A stretch of 64,000 nucleotides of DNA from an uncultured Alphaproteobacteria bacterium (GTDB taxonomy: Bacteria > Pseudomonadota > Alphaproteobacteria > HIMB59 > GCA-002718135). How positions within the stretch are numbered: the first letter of the stretch is position 1; every line of letters starts with the position of its first letter. The position numbers were made by a program, and so were the translations under genes. The notes beneath the pieces are model-generated. The model did not search any database, was not told the DNA's origin, and worked only from the letters and a program-made list of their open reading frames with translations. Below are positions 9,815-21,289 of the stretch, piece by piece. Where the stretch lies: positions 20,691-84,690 of the forward strand of contig CACGRD010000001.1 of NCBI GenBank assembly GCA_902575375.1. The letters are read 5' to 3'.

Positions 9815-11353
9815 ATGGCTAAAAAAAAATATAATGTAATTAGAGAAGAAATGCTCCAGGTTGCGTCCAATGTAGCACAAGAAAAAAACATTGATCAAGA
9901 TTCAGTTTTTTCAGCGATGGAACAAGCATTAGAAAAAGCAGCAAGAGTTAAATATGGTCAAGAAATTGACATAAGAATTTCTATAGATAGAGCTACTGGA
10001 GATATTAAGTTAAATTCATATCTTGAAGTGGTTGAAAGTATTGATGAAGAATTTCAATCTAGACAAATTCTTTTAGAGGATGCTAAAAAAACTAATCCAG
10101 ATATTAATTTAGGAGAATTTGTTATAAAAGCATTACCACCTATTGAATTAGGCAGAGTTGCTGCACAAAATGCAAAAGGAGTAATAATTCAAAAGGTAAG
10201 AGAAGCTGACAAATCTAATCAATATGAAGAATATAAAGATAAAGTTGGTGAGATAGCAGTCGGTATAGTTAAAAGAACTGAATTTGGAAATTTAATTATA
10301 GATTTAGGTAAGAGCGAAGCAATAATTAAAAGAGAAGAACTCATTCCAAGAGAAACATTTAAAAATGGTGATAGAGTTAGGGCTTATATTTACGAAGTAA
10401 AGAACGATGTAAAAGGCTACCAAGTTTTCTTATCAAGAACACATCCTCAATTTTTATCAAAATTATTTTTTCAAGAAGTACCAGAAATATTCGAAGGAGT
10501 TATTACTGTTAAAAGTGTTGCAAGAGATCCTGGTTCAAGAGCTAAGATTAGTGTTTTTACAGAAGACTCTACTATAGATCCAGTAGGCGCTTGTGTTGGA
10601 ATGAGAGGTTCAAGAGTACAAGCTGTTGTAAATGAATTGCAAGGAGAGAAAATAGATATTGTTACATGGTCAGATAATCAAGCTACTTTTTTAGCAAATG
10701 CTCTTGCTCCTGCAGAAGTTAGTAAGATTTTCTTGTATGAAGAAAAAAATAAAGTTGAGGTTGTAATACCTGATGATCAATTAAGTCTAGCAATTGGAAG
10801 AAAAGGTCAAAATGTTAAATTAGCTTCTAACTTAACTAGCTTAGAAATAGATATACTAACTGAAGATGAAGAATCAGAAAGAAGACAACAGGAATTTAAG
10901 GAAAAAAGTATTTTATTAGCTGAGACGCTTGATGTTGAAGACGTTATTGCTCAACTACTTGTAACTGATGGTTATACAACTGTTGAGTCTATAGCTACTG
11001 AAACTTTAGATAATTTAGAAAAAATAGAAGGCTTTGATACTACACTAGCTCAGGAAATAATTGATAGATCTAGAAACTTTGTGCAAGAAAAAGCAGAGTC
11101 AGACAAAAAACTTATAGATGAAAATATCAGTGATGAAAAATTAAAAAACTTAAAGGGTATGAACAATAGTATTTTAGCAAAACTGGCAAAATCAAATATT
11201 CTCAATGTTAATGATTTTGCAGATTTAGCTACGTTCGAACTTATAGACAAAGAAGAAGGTATCTTAAGAGAATTAGATCTCGATGAAGAAATAGCTAATA
11301 ATATGATAATGGAAGCAAGAAGTTTCTGGTCTGAAGAACAAAACAAGGATTAA
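9815..11353 (+). CDS. nusA: Transcription termination/antitermination factor NusA
   Basis: LSRTHP, ARDPGSRAKI, DPVGACVGMRGSRVQAV, AIGRKGQNV. Confidence 0.98.
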   Translation: MAKKKYNVIREEMLQVASNVAQEKNIDQDSVFSAMEQALEKAARVKYGQEIDIRISIDRATGDIKLNSYLEVVESIDEEFQSRQILLEDAKKTNPDINLGEFVIKALPPIELGRVAAQNAKGVIIQKVREADKSNQYEEYKDKVGEIAVGIVKRTEFGNLIIDLGKSEAIIKREELIPRETFKNGDRVRAYIYEVKNDVKGYQVFLSRTHPQFLSKLFFQEVPEIFEGVITVKSVARDPGSRAKISVFTEDSTIDPVGACVGMRGSRVQAVVNELQGEKIDIVTWSDNQATFLANALAPAEVSKIFLYEEKNKVEVVIPDDQLSLAIGRKGQNVKLASNLTSLEIDILTEDEESERRQQEFKEKSILLAETLDVEDVIAQLLVTDGYTTVESIATETLDNLEKIEGFDTTLAQEIIDRSRNFVQEKAESDKKLIDENISDEKLKNLKGMNNSILAKLAKSNILNVNDFADLATFELIDKEEGILRELDLDEEIANNMIMEARSFWSEEQNKD

Positions 11354-11355
11354 AA

Positions 11356-13593
11356 TTGGATAAAGATAAAGGTAAAAAAAAGCCATTAAAACTATCTTCA
11401 TCAGGGAGATTACAAATAAGAAAAAATCTTGGTCCAGCAGGTGATAAAGCAAGAACTAGTGGTAGTAAAAAAACAATACAAATTGTTTTTAAAAATAAAA
11501 ATAATCAACAGAAAAGTTCATCTACAACCCAATCTAATTTCAGAGGATCATCAAGCCTAAGAACACCTAGACCAGGAATTAATTCATCACCACAACCAAA
11601 CTTTTCCTCACCTAATAAAACTAGAAACTTTGATAATAAAAATAAAAAAACTGTAGATAAAAAAACCCAACAAAAAAAATCAACTCTTAGACCACTTGAA
11701 GATGACTTTAGTAAATCTGATGCTAAAAAAATACTAGAACAAGAAGAACAAGAATTTGATAAATTTCCGAGCTTAGCTAAAATAAAGAGAGCTAGAGAAA
11801 AAGAAAAACTAAAATCTGCAAACGAATCAGACGATAGCAAAATTTCTAGAGAAATTTCCATTCCTGATTTTATTACTGTTCAAGATTTAGCAAATAGAAT
11901 GGCAGAAAAAACTGCTGATGTAGTTAAAGTCCTAATGAAAATGGGTGTTATGGCAAATGCTACTCAATCATTGGAATCTGATACAGCTCAACTAGTTGCT
12001 GAAGAATTAGGTCATAAAGTAACCGTCGTTAAAGATGATGATGTATTAAATGACATCAAAGACATTGAAGACCCCGAAGATAGTCTTGTTAAAAGAGCTC
12101 CTGTAGTGACAATCATGGGCCATGTTGATCATGGGAAAACCTCTTTACTGGATGCATTTAGAGATAGTAGTGTAGTATCTGGTGAGGCAGGAGGTATTAC
12201 ACAGCATATTGGTGCTTATCAAATCAATAATAATAATAAAAAAATTACATTTATTGATACTCCAGGTCATGCCGCCTTCTCAAATATGCGAGCTAGGGGA
12301 TCTAAGACAACTGATATAGTTATACTTGTTGTGGCAGCTGATGATGGAATTAAACCTCAAACAATTGAATCTATAGCTCATGCAAAATCTGCTGAGGTTC
12401 CAATAATAGTTGCTATTAACAAAATTGATCTACCAGGAGCAGACCCAGATAAAGTTAGAAATGAATTACTTAGTCATGAAATAATTGTTGAAAAACTAAG
12501 TGGTGAAGTTTTAGATATTGAAGTGTCAGCAACTAAAGGAACAAATTTAGATAAATTAGAAGAGGCGATTCATTTACAAGCAGACCTTCTTAATCTCAAA
12601 GCTAATCCTGATAGAAAAGCTAGAGGATCTGTAATTGAATCTAAACTAGAAAAAGGCAGAGGTTCAGTTGCAACTATCCTAGTACAAAAAGGAACATTAA
12701 AAGTAAGTGATATATTTGTATCAGGATCTGAGTGGGGGAAAGTTAAAGCTTTAATTGATGACAAAGGTAAAAATATAAAACAAGCTGAACCATCAGTGCC
12801 AGTAGAAGTTCTGGGATTTGACTCTAACCCATTAGCTGGTGATGATTTTATTGTAGTTGAAAACGAAGGTATTGCTCGTAAAATTGCAGAATTTAGATCA
12901 AGTAAACTGCAAATTCAAAAAAATACAGTGGCTAAATCAAATGTTGAAGAGATGTTTGCCCAGATTAATAAAGGTGAAGCAACAAGTCTTCCAGTAGTAA
13001 TTAAAACTGACGTTCAAGGTTCTGCAGAAGCAATTGAAAATTCAATAACTAAACTTTCAACTGATGAAGTTAAGGTCAATGTTATTTATAAAGGTGTTGG
13101 TGCAATTACTGAGAGTGATGTTACTTTAGCCGGTTCAGGAAAAGGTTTTATTGTTGGTTTTAATGTTAGGGCACTACCTCATGCAAGAGATATAGCAAAA
13201 AGAGATGGTGTAGATATTAAATATTATTCAATTATTTATGAACTTATTGATGACGTAAAAAATCTTTTAACAGGTTTATTAAAACCTGATATTTCTGAAA
13301 ATATTACTGGTAATGTTGAGATTCGCGAAGTTTTCAACATATCTAAAGTTGGAAATATTGCAGGTTGTATGGTTAAAGATGGTCTTATTTCTAGAAAATC
13401 ACAAATAAGAATTCTAAGAGATAATATTGTAATTCATAAAGGACAAATTAGTAGTCTAAAAAGATTTAAGGAAGAAGTATCAGAGGTCAAATCTGGTTTT
13501 GAATGTGGTGTAATGCTAGACAATTATAGTGATATTAAAGTAGGCGATATTATTGAAACATTTGAAGAAGTTTCTACAAGTAGAAAGTTATAA
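11356..13593 (+). CDS. infB: Translation initiation factor IF-2
   Basis: GHVDHGKTS, DTPGH, NKID; TTG start. Confidence 0.98.
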   Translation: MDKDKGKKKPLKLSSSGRLQIRKNLGPAGDKARTSGSKKTIQIVFKNKNNQQKSSSTTQSNFRGSSSLRTPRPGINSSPQPNFSSPNKTRNFDNKNKKTVDKKTQQKKSTLRPLEDDFSKSDAKKILEQEEQEFDKFPSLAKIKRAREKEKLKSANESDDSKISREISIPDFITVQDLANRMAEKTADVVKVLMKMGVMANATQSLESDTAQLVAEELGHKVTVVKDDDVLNDIKDIEDPEDSLVKRAPVVTIMGHVDHGKTSLLDAFRDSSVVSGEAGGITQHIGAYQINNNNKKITFIDTPGHAAFSNMRARGSKTTDIVILVVAADDGIKPQTIESIAHAKSAEVPIIVAINKIDLPGADPDKVRNELLSHEIIVEKLSGEVLDIEVSATKGTNLDKLEEAIHLQADLLNLKANPDRKARGSVIESKLEKGRGSVATILVQKGTLKVSDIFVSGSEWGKVKALIDDKGKNIKQAEPSVPVEVLGFDSNPLAGDDFIVVENEGIARKIAEFRSSKLQIQKNTVAKSNVEEMFAQINKGEATSLPVVIKTDVQGSAEAIENSITKLSTDEVKVNVIYKGVGAITESDVTLAGSGKGFIVGFNVRALPHARDIAKRDGVDIKYYSIIYELIDDVKNLLTGLLKPDISENITGNVEIREVFNISKVGNIAGCMVKDGLISRKSQIRILRDNIVIHKGQISSLKRFKEEVSEVKSGFECGVMLDNYSDIKVGDIIETFEEVSTSRKL

Positions 13594-13605
13594 TGTTTTT
13601 TTACA

Positions 13606-13971
13606 ATGGATACGCAAAGACAAATTAGATTTGGTGAACTAATAAGGTCATTACTAAGTGATTGTTTATTAAAAGAAGATTTTTTTGATGAAAATATTAA
13701 CTCTTCATCCATCACAATTTCATTTGTCAGAATGTCCAAGGACTTAAAGATAGCAAATGTATATTTCATGCCCCTTGGTGGTAAGGACAAAATACAAATT
13801 TTAGAAGTTTTAAAAGACAGAAAATATATTTTTCAAAAATTTCTATCAAAGGCAAAAATCAATTCAAAATTTACACCAAAACTTTCTTTTTATTTAGATG
13901 ATACATTTGATGAAGCAGAAAAAATTGAAAACCTTTTATTAAATAAAAATGTCTTAAGAGATATTAAGTAA
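13606..13971 (+). CDS. rbfA: Ribosome-binding factor A
   Basis: MSKDLKIANVY, FTPKLSFYLD; infB-rbfA-truB synteny. Confidence 0.93.
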   Translation: MDTQRQIRFGELIRSLLSDCLLKEDFFDENINSSSITISFVRMSKDLKIANVYFMPLGGKDKIQILEVLKDRKYIFQKFLSKAKINSKFTPKLSFYLDDTFDEAEKIENLLLNKNVLRDIK

Positions 13972-14876
13972 TGATTTCAAAACAAGGTTGGATAAATTTA
14001 TACAAACCCAAAAATATTACATCTTTTAAAGCCATTAATTCAATAAAAAAAAAATTTTTAATTAATAAAATTGGTCATGCGGGTACTTTAGATCCTATGG
14101 CAGAAGGTGTGTTACCAATAGCTATAGGAAAAGCAACAAAACTAATTCCATATATTTGCAATATGAACAAAGAATATGAGTTTACAGTAACTTGGGGCAT
14201 TCAAACAACAACAGATGATGCTGAGGGTGAAATTTTATTTAAATCAAGTTACCTCCCTAAAAGAAAAGAAATAGAAAAAAAAATTATTAATTATATTGGT
14301 CTTATAAGTCAGATACCTCCAAAAGTTTCAGCAGTTAAAATTAATGGTAAAAGAGCTTATAAATTATTTAGAGAAAATAAAAAATTTACGATTCAACCAA
14401 AAAAAGTTTTTATCGAAGATCTGTGTATTACTGATCACAGTATTAACAAAACGTCATTTAAAATTTTATGCGGGCAGGGCTTTTATGTTAGAAGTCTAGC
14501 TCGTGATTTAGCTATAGATCTTAAAACATATGGACACATTTCTTCATTGAAAAGGTCAAAAGTAGGTAAATTCAGTGAAAAAAATTCGATTTTACTGGAC
14601 GATCTTGTAAAAATAGGACAAACGCACGAAGAAATTAATTGTATCTCCACTACAATTTCTATGCTGGACGACATCTTGGCTTATGAAATTGAAGAAAAAT
14701 TAGATATTGAAAATTTATCTTTTGGAAGATCTATTAAAATTGATGAAAGAAAAATTATAAATCCTTCGTCAATAAACTTAGATAAAAAAAATATTTTTTT
14801 ATTTAAGAAAGGAGACATTGTCTCGATAGGCAAATTAGATGGTAATTTGTTTAAACCAAATAAAATATTAATATAG
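13971..14876 (+). CDS. truB: tRNA pseudouridine(55) synthase
   Basis: [25 protein letters not shown]. Confidence 0.96.
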   Translation: MISKQGWINLYKPKNITSFKAINSIKKKFLINKIGHAGTLDPMAEGVLPIAIGKATKLIPYICNMNKEYEFTVTWGIQTTTDDAEGEILFKSSYLPKRKEIEKKIINYIGLISQIPPKVSAVKINGKRAYKLFRENKKFTIQPKKVFIEDLCITDHSINKTSFKILCGQGFYVRSLARDLAIDLKTYGHISSLKRSKVGKFSEKNSILLDDLVKIGQTHEEINCISTTISMLDDILAYEIEEKLDIENLSFGRSIKIDERKIINPSSINLDKKNIFLFKKGDIVSIGKLDGNLFKPNKILI

Positions 14877-14884
14877 GAGTATCG

Positions 14885-15154
14885 ATGTCGATAACAAAAG
14901 AAAATAAAAAAAGTCTTATTGATGAATATTCTAAAAATGAAAAAGATACTGGATCAGCAGGTGTTCAGATAGCTGTTTTAACAGAAAGAATAAAAAATTT
15001 AACTGAACATTTTAAGACTCACAATAAAGATAATCATTCAAAAAGAGGACTAGTATCATTAGTCAATAAAAGAAAAAAATTATTAAACTACTTATCTAAA
15101 AAAAATAAATCTGAATATTCAGATTTAATAAAAAAGTTAAATATTAGAGGTTAA
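14885..15154 (+). CDS. rpsO: 30S ribosomal protein S15
   Basis: [21 protein letters not shown]; AGGAG SD. Confidence 0.97.
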   Translation: MSITKENKKSLIDEYSKNEKDTGSAGVQIAVLTERIKNLTEHFKTHNKDNHSKRGLVSLVNKRKKLLNYLSKKNKSEYSDLIKKLNIRG

Positions 15155-15176
15155 AAAAAGAGGATAAATAAAAATT

Positions 15177-17261
15177 ATGTTTGATGTGAAAATTGTAGAA
15201 ATTGAATGGGCTGGAAGAACACTTAAATTAGAAACTGGAAAAATAGCAAGACAAGCTGACTCAACAGTTATAGCCACTTATGGTGGTACGACAGTTATGT
15301 GTAATGTAGTTGCTGCAAAAGAAGCAAATCCTGATATGGATTTTTTCCCCTTAACAGTAAATTATCAAGAAAAATATTATTCTGTAGGAAAAATACCTGG
15401 TGGTTTTTTTAAAAGAGAGGCTAGACCAACTGAAAAAGAAACATTAGTTTCTCGATTAATTGATAGACCAGTTAGACCTTTATTTCATAAAGATTTTAAA
15501 AATGAGACCCAAGTTACTTGTACTGTTTTATCACATGATCAAGAAAATGACTCAGATGTTGTAGCAATGGTAGCAGCAAGTGCTGCATTAACTTTATCTG
15601 GTTTGCCATTTTTAGGCCCACTCGGAGCAATTAAGATTGGTTTTATAGACGATGAGTTTGTTGTTAACCCGAGTAAGAGTCAATTATCAAATTCTAAACT
15701 AGAATTAGTATTGGCAGGGACTAAGGAAGGTGTACTAATGATCGAGTCTGAAGCTCACGAGCTTTCAGAAAAACAAATGCTAGATGCAGTAGTTCTTGGT
15801 CAAGAAAATTATAAAACAGTGATTGAAGCAATAATTTCCTTAGCTAAAAAAGCGGCAAAAGAACCTTGGGAACTTAAAGAAAAAGATGAAGAAATTAAAA
15901 ATCTACCATCTAAGATCAACGAAGACTTTGGTAAAGATTTTATAGATGCTTATAAAATAACTGAAAAACAAAAAAGATCAGAAAAATTATCTTCGTTACG
16001 AAACGAAATTTCTGAAAAATTTGTAAGTGAAACACTCTCACCAGTACTGGTTTCAGATGCTATAAAAAATGTAGAAAAAGATATAGTTAGAGGAGAATTA
16101 ATTAATACTGGTAATAGAATTGATGGAAGAGATACAAAAACAGTCCGTCCAATTGTGTGTGAAACTGGAGTTTTAGAAAGAACTCACGGGTCTGCATTAT
16201 TTACAAGAGGAGAAACACAAGCTCTTGTAGTTTCAACTTTGGGAACTGGACAAGATGAGCAAAGAATAGATGCAATTGATGGTGAATATACAGAGAATTT
16301 TATGCTTCATTACAATTTTCCACCTTACTCCGTTGGAGAAGTTGGAAGAATAGGTTCTACCAGTAGAAGAGAAATAGGACATGGAAAATTAGCATGGAGA
16401 GCTATTCACCCAATGTTACCTTCAAAAGAAAAGTTTCCTTACACTTATAGAGTTGTATCCGAAATTACAGAATCTAATGGATCTAGTTCTATGGCAACTG
16501 TTTGTGGCACCTCAATGTCTTTAATGGATGCAGGAGTGCCTTTAGAAAGACCAGTAGCAGGTATTGCGATGGGCTTAATTAAAGAGAATGATAAATATGT
16601 GATATTATCAGACATACTTGGTGATGAAGATCATCTTGGTGATATGGATTTTAAAGTTGCAGGAACTTCTGAAGGAATAACTTCATTACAAATGGATATT
16701 AAAATAACTAGTATCACAGCTGAAATTATGGATGAAGCATTAGCGCAAGCTAAAGATGGACGCTTCCATATACTTGGTGAAATGGCTAAAGCAATTGATA
16801 AACCTAATCAATCGATTTCTCAGTACGCTCCTACAATAACTAATCTACAAATAAACAAAGATAAAATTAGAGAAGTTATTGGTAAAGGAGGAGCAGTTAT
16901 TAGAGAAATATCTGAAACGACTGGAGCTAAAATTGAAATTAATGACGAGGGTTTAGTGAGTATTGCAGCTGTAGATCAAAAATCTGGAAATGATGCATTA
17001 GAATGGATCAAAGGTATTGTCGAAGAGCCAGAGATTGGTAAAATTTATGTTGGTAAAGTTATAAAGATAATGGACTTTGGTGCTTTTGTTAATTTCATGG
17101 GATCTACAGATGGTCTTGTTCATATTAGTCAATTAAAAAATGAAAGAGTAGAGAAAGTTGAAGATGTTATTAGTGAAGGAGATATCGTTAAAGTAAAAGT
17201 ATTGGATATCGACTCAAGAGGAAAAATAAAACTTTCTATGAAAGCAGTTGAAGCAGAATAA
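15177..17261 (+). CDS. pnp: Polynucleotide phosphorylase
   Basis: [37 protein letters not shown] and S1 domains. Confidence 0.98.
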   Translation: MFDVKIVEIEWAGRTLKLETGKIARQADSTVIATYGGTTVMCNVVAAKEANPDMDFFPLTVNYQEKYYSVGKIPGGFFKREARPTEKETLVSRLIDRPVRPLFHKDFKNETQVTCTVLSHDQENDSDVVAMVAASAALTLSGLPFLGPLGAIKIGFIDDEFVVNPSKSQLSNSKLELVLAGTKEGVLMIESEAHELSEKQMLDAVVLGQENYKTVIEAIISLAKKAAKEPWELKEKDEEIKNLPSKINEDFGKDFIDAYKITEKQKRSEKLSSLRNEISEKFVSETLSPVLVSDAIKNVEKDIVRGELINTGNRIDGRDTKTVRPIVCETGVLERTHGSALFTRGETQALVVSTLGTGQDEQRIDAIDGEYTENFMLHYNFPPYSVGEVGRIGSTSRREIGHGKLAWRAIHPMLPSKEKFPYTYRVVSEITESNGSSSMATVCGTSMSLMDAGVPLERPVAGIAMGLIKENDKYVILSDILGDEDHLGDMDFKVAGTSEGITSLQMDIKITSITAEIMDEALAQAKDGRFHILGEMAKAIDKPNQSISQYAPTITNLQINKDKIREVIGKGGAVIREISETTGAKIEINDEGLVSIAAVDQKSGNDALEWIKGIVEEPEIGKIYVGKVIKIMDFGAFVNFMGSTDGLVHISQLKNERVEKVEDVISEGDIVKVKVLDIDSRGKIKLSMKAVEAE

Positions 17262-18003
17262 AAAACTTAAATTACCAAAATTAATTGGGCACAGAGGTTT
17301 AAAAGATCTGTGTCCAGAAAACACTTTAGAATCTATCTTAAAGGCATTTGATTTAGGTTTAAGTTTTGTAGAAATAGATGTCAAGATTTCTAAAGACAGA
17401 GTTCCAATTTTATTACATGATGACACACTTGATAGAACTACTAATGGAAGTGGACTTGCAATTGATTATGATTATGAGAACATAAAAAAACTTGATGCTG
17501 GAAAATTTTTTTACAAAAAAAATACAAATATTTTCGTTCCAAAATTAGAAGATATTCTAAGTTTGTGTGCTAATAATAATGGTAATTTAAATATCGAATT
17601 AAAACCCAATAAAAATTTTGAAAAAGAAAATGTTTATCAAATATATAAGATTATAAAAAACATTAATCAAATAAATATTTTTTTTTCCTCATTTGATATG
17701 ATTTCTATTTTAGAAATTTCAAAACTTTACCCCCAATCTATACGTAGTTTTTTATTACATGATTTTAAAGAATATAATATTGATGATTTGATTAGCATTT
17801 CAATTAAACATGATTTAAAAATTTGTGGATTAAATATAGATCTTGTTACAGCTGACATTATAAAAAAAATTAAAGAATCCAATATGGCTATAACTGTTTA
17901 TTCAGATAAAAATATAAATTTATCTAGTGCTAATGATATTTTCTCCATAGGTGTTGATAGTATTTTTGTTGATAATCCTTTAGATTTATTGGGAAAATTT
18001 TAG
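17248..18003 (+). CDS. ugpQ: Glycerophosphodiester phosphodiesterase (UgpQ/GlpQ family)
   Basis: [29 protein letters not shown]. Confidence 0.9.
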   Translation: MKQNKKLKLPKLIGHRGLKDLCPENTLESILKAFDLGLSFVEIDVKISKDRVPILLHDDTLDRTTNGSGLAIDYDYENIKKLDAGKFFYKKNTNIFVPKLEDILSLCANNNGNLNIELKPNKNFEKENVYQIYKIIKNINQINIFFSSFDMISILEISKLYPQSIRSFLLHDFKEYNIDDLISISIKHDLKICGLNIDLVTADIIKKIKESNMAITVYSDKNINLSSANDIFSIGVDSIFVDNPLDLLGKF

Positions 18004-18773
18004 AACTTATTGGGCATTCCAATAATATTGTAACCACAGTCAACATAATGTACTTCACCAGTAACTGCAGAAGATAAATCACTAATAAAGTATAAAGCAG
18101 ATTTACCAATTTCATCTAATTTTGCATTTCGTTTCAGTGCTGAATGTTCTTCTGTGAATTTAAACACCTCCCTAGCATTATTTATTGCCGCACCAGCAAT
18201 TGTTCTCATAGGTCCTGCTGAGATTGCATTAACACGAATATTTTTAGTACCTAAATCCACACTCAAGTATTTTACACTTGTTTCTAAAGCGGCTTTTGCA
18301 ATTCCCATTAAATTATAATTTGGTATTACTTTATTTGACCCATAAAAAGTAAGGGTGAGAATACTTCCTCCATCGTTCATTATAGGTTCAAAATTTCTTG
18401 CAAGACTAGTTAAAGAAAAACATGATATTTCCAAACAATTAATAAAATTATCCTTCGTACTATCAACATATCTTCCATTTAGCTCTGACTTATCTGCAAA
18501 TGCAACAGCATGAATTATAAAATCAATTGTGCCCCATTCTTTTTTTATAATTTCTACCGATTTGTTTATTGAGTCATTATTATTAAAATCACACTCTATT
18601 AATATTTTTGAATTAATTTTTTCAGAAAGTGGTTTCACTCTCTTCAATAATATTTCATTTTGATAACCAATGGCTATTTCAGCACCATTTTCAGCTAGTT
18701 GTTTTGCTATTCCCCATGCAATTGAATGATTATTTGCAATACCAAATACTAAACCTTTTTTATTTTTAAGCAT
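18000..18773 (-). CDS. fabI: Enoyl-ACP reductase
   Basis: [34 protein letters not shown]. Confidence 0.96.
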   Translation of the reverse strand: MLKNKKGLVFGIANNHSIAWGIAKQLAENGAEIAIGYQNEILLKRVKPLSEKINSKILIECDFNNNDSINKSVEIIKKEWGTIDFIIHAVAFADKSELNGRYVDSTKDNFINCLEISCFSLTSLARNFEPIMNDGGSILTLTFYGSNKVIPNYNLMGIAKAALETSVKYLSVDLGTKNIRVNAISAGPMRTIAGAAINNAREVFKFTEEHSALKRNAKLDEIGKSALYFISDLSSAVTGEVHYVDCGYNIIGMPNKF

Positions 18774-19983
18774 GATATTTTGAAAATACTAATGTTGCAT
18801 TTGTACCGCCAAAACCAAAACTATTCGACATCACATGCTCTATTTCAACATCATTTTCCGTTTTTAAAAGAATATTACAATCTTTGGCACTATCATCAAG
18901 ATTTTCAATATTAGCAGAACCACTAATAAAATTATTTTTCATCATCAATAAACTATAAATTGCTTCATGCACACCAGTTGCCCCTAAAGAATGACCAGTC
19001 AAAGATTTTGTTGAGCTCATTTTAGGAATATTGGAAGCAAAAACATTTTTGATTGCTTCCAATTCTTTTACATCTCCTATTGGAGTGCTTGTTCCATGTG
19101 TATTTATATAATCAATTTTACCATCAATATTTTTTAATGCTTGCTTCATGCATCTTTCTGCTCCCTCTCCAGAAGGCTGTACCATATCGTATCCATCTGA
19201 GGTTGCTCCATATCCTGTTATTTCACCATATATTTTAGCACCTCTAGCTTTTGCATGCTCTAATTCTTCAAGTACTAAAGTTCCACCCCCTCCAGCTATT
19301 ACAAATCCATCTCTATCTGCATCATATGCCCTTGAAGATTTGTTTGGAGTAGAATTATATTTTGATGACAAAGCACCCATTGCATCAAATAAAATTGATA
19401 AAGTCCAATGGAGCTCTTCACCTCCTCCAGCAAAAACAATTTTTTGTTTCCCCATCTGAATGAGCTCATATGCATTACCAATACAATGTGAACTTGTTGA
19501 ACATGCTGAAGTAATTGAATAGTTAACTCCTTTAATTTTAAAAGGAGTCGCAAGAGTTGCAGAATTTGTACTAGACATTGCTCTAGGTACCATAAATGGC
19601 CCAATTTTTTTTGAACCCGAATTCTTTCCAACTTCAGAAGATTTAAATAAATTTTGTGTAGATGGACCGCCTGAACCAACAATTATACCAGTCATTTCAT
19701 TTGAAATATCACTATCCTCTAGTCCTGAGTCATCTATAGCATCTTTCATCGCAATATAGTTGTAGGCAGCTCCATCACCCATAAACCTTAGCAATCTTCT
19801 ATCAATTTCATTACTTATATCTATATTTGGTTTACCGTGAACAAGACTTCTAAAAGAAAACTCCTCATACTCTTCAGCACTTGTTATCCCAGATTTCAAA
19901 TTTTTAAGACTGTCTATAACATCTGATTGATTATTACCAATACATGATACTATACCTAAACCTGTTACTACTACTCTATTCAT
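18766..19983 (-). CDS. fabB: Beta-ketoacyl-ACP synthase I
   Basis: SACSTS active Cys, [21 protein letters not shown]; fabA-fabB-fabI order. Confidence 0.96.
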   Translation of the reverse strand: MNRVVVTGLGIVSCIGNNQSDVIDSLKNLKSGITSAEEYEEFSFRSLVHGKPNIDISNEIDRRLLRFMGDGAAYNYIAMKDAIDDSGLEDSDISNEMTGIIVGSGGPSTQNLFKSSEVGKNSGSKKIGPFMVPRAMSSTNSATLATPFKIKGVNYSITSACSTSSHCIGNAYELIQMGKQKIVFAGGGEELHWTLSILFDAMGALSSKYNSTPNKSSRAYDADRDGFVIAGGGGTLVLEELEHAKARGAKIYGEITGYGATSDGYDMVQPSGEGAERCMKQALKNIDGKIDYINTHGTSTPIGDVKELEAIKNVFASNIPKMSSTKSLTGHSLGATGVHEAIYSLLMMKNNFISGSANIENLDDSAKDCNILLKTENDVEIEHVMSNSFGFGGTNATLVFSKYHA

Positions 19984-19986
19984 TAC

Positions 19987-20493
19987 TTATTTCTCAGGTG
20001 AAAATAAACCGACTTTCATATCTTTAGCTTCATAAATTGTTTCACCGTCAGCTTTTAAAATACCATCTCCAACTCCTAAAATCAATTTTCTTAGTATAAG
20101 TCTTTTAAGAGATATATGGTAAGTTACTTTTTTTACTTTTTGTAATACTTGACCAGTAAATTTAACTTCACCAACTCCTAAAGCTCTACCCTTTCCTGGT
20201 TGGCCAAGCCATCCTAAATAAAAACCAAGTAATTGCCACATAGCATCTAAACCTAAACAACCTGGCATTACCGGATCATCTTTAAAATGACATTCAAAAA
20301 ACCATAAGTCTTCTTTAATATCTAATTCTGCAATAACCTCACCTTTAGAAAATTCTCCGCCAGTCTCATTTATTGAAGTAATTCTATCAAACATTAACAT
20401 TGGAGGCATTGGAAGTTGAGCATTACCTTTTCCAAAAAGAACACCTTTTGCACAATCAATTAATTGATCGTAGGTAAATGAATTTTGTTTCAT
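19987..20493 (-). CDS. fabA: 3-hydroxydecanoyl-ACP dehydratase/isomerase
   Basis: [33 protein letters not shown]. Confidence 0.97.
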   Translation of the reverse strand: MKQNSFTYDQLIDCAKGVLFGKGNAQLPMPPMLMFDRITSINETGGEFSKGEVIAELDIKEDLWFFECHFKDDPVMPGCLGLDAMWQLLGFYLGWLGQPGKGRALGVGEVKFTGQVLQKVKKVTYHISLKRLILRKLILGVGDGILKADGETIYEAKDMKVGLFSPEK

Positions 20494-20498
20494 AATTT

Positions 20499-20527
20499 AA
20501 ATTAAACTTTTTTTATGTATTTATCAA
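20499..20527 (-). promoter_or_regulatory. Putative sigma70 promoter for fabA (leaderless geometry)
   Basis: Minus strand TTGATA (20527-20522)-N17-TAATTT (20504-20499)-N5-ATG (20493). Confidence 0.45.
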
Positions 20528-20532
20528 TTAAC

Positions 20533-21285
20533 TTAAACTGATTTTAAATAACAATCATGTTTACTTTTAATAATAATATTATCAATGCTTAATTTTTTTC
20601 CATCAGAAATTGTCATTATATTAGTTTCATCCTTTAAATTTAAATAGAAATTAATTATTTTTTGAGCAGCAATCAAACCTGCTAACCCTGCCGAAATACC
20701 TGAAATACCTACTAAATCACATCTGGGAAGATCAACATCATCTTTGTTAGGAAAGATACAATTTAAACATAGATGATTATTTTTATTTGAATTATTGAAA
20801 AGAATTATTTGTAAATCGTGTCTTAATGCAGAGGAGTATAAAAAATTGATTGAGTTTTTAAGACAATATTCATTTAATAATTTAGAACTTACCCAATCAT
20901 CAGTTGCATCGACAATTATAGAACATTCTTTTAAAGAATTTAAATTTAAAGAATTAATATTTTCATTAATATTATGAATTTTACATTCACTATTGATTAA
21001 TTGTAATTTATTTTTAGCTACATCAACCTTTTTTCTTCCAATATCATTTAAATTAAATAAAATTTGTCTATTAAGATTACTTTTTTCAACAATGTCTCCA
21101 TCTACTATTAACAATTCTTTTATTCCGGAGTTGACTAAATATTGACTTAAAGGACATCCTATACCTCCCATACCCACAATACCAATTTTTATATTTGATA
21201 ATTTTTTTAGGTTTTCTTCAGAAAATTCTTTTAAAATAAATAATCTACTGAAAATTTTATATTCTTCTTCAGAGTAATTATTCAT
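20533..21285 (-). CDS. ThiF/MoeB-family adenylyltransferase
   Basis: GMGGIG, DGDIVEKSNLNRQ, DATD, CLNC. Confidence 0.88.
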   Translation of the reverse strand: MNNYSEEEYKIFSRLFILKEFSEENLKKLSNIKIGIVGMGGIGCPLSQYLVNSGIKELLIVDGDIVEKSNLNRQILFNLNDIGRKKVDVAKNKLQLINSECKIHNINENINSLNLNSLKECSIIVDATDDWVSSKLLNEYCLKNSINFLYSSALRHDLQIILFNNSNKNNHLCLNCIFPNKDDVDLPRCDLVGISGISAGLAGLIAAQKIINFYLNLKDETNIMTISDGKKLSIDNIIIKSKHDCYLKSV

Positions 21286-21289
21286 AATT

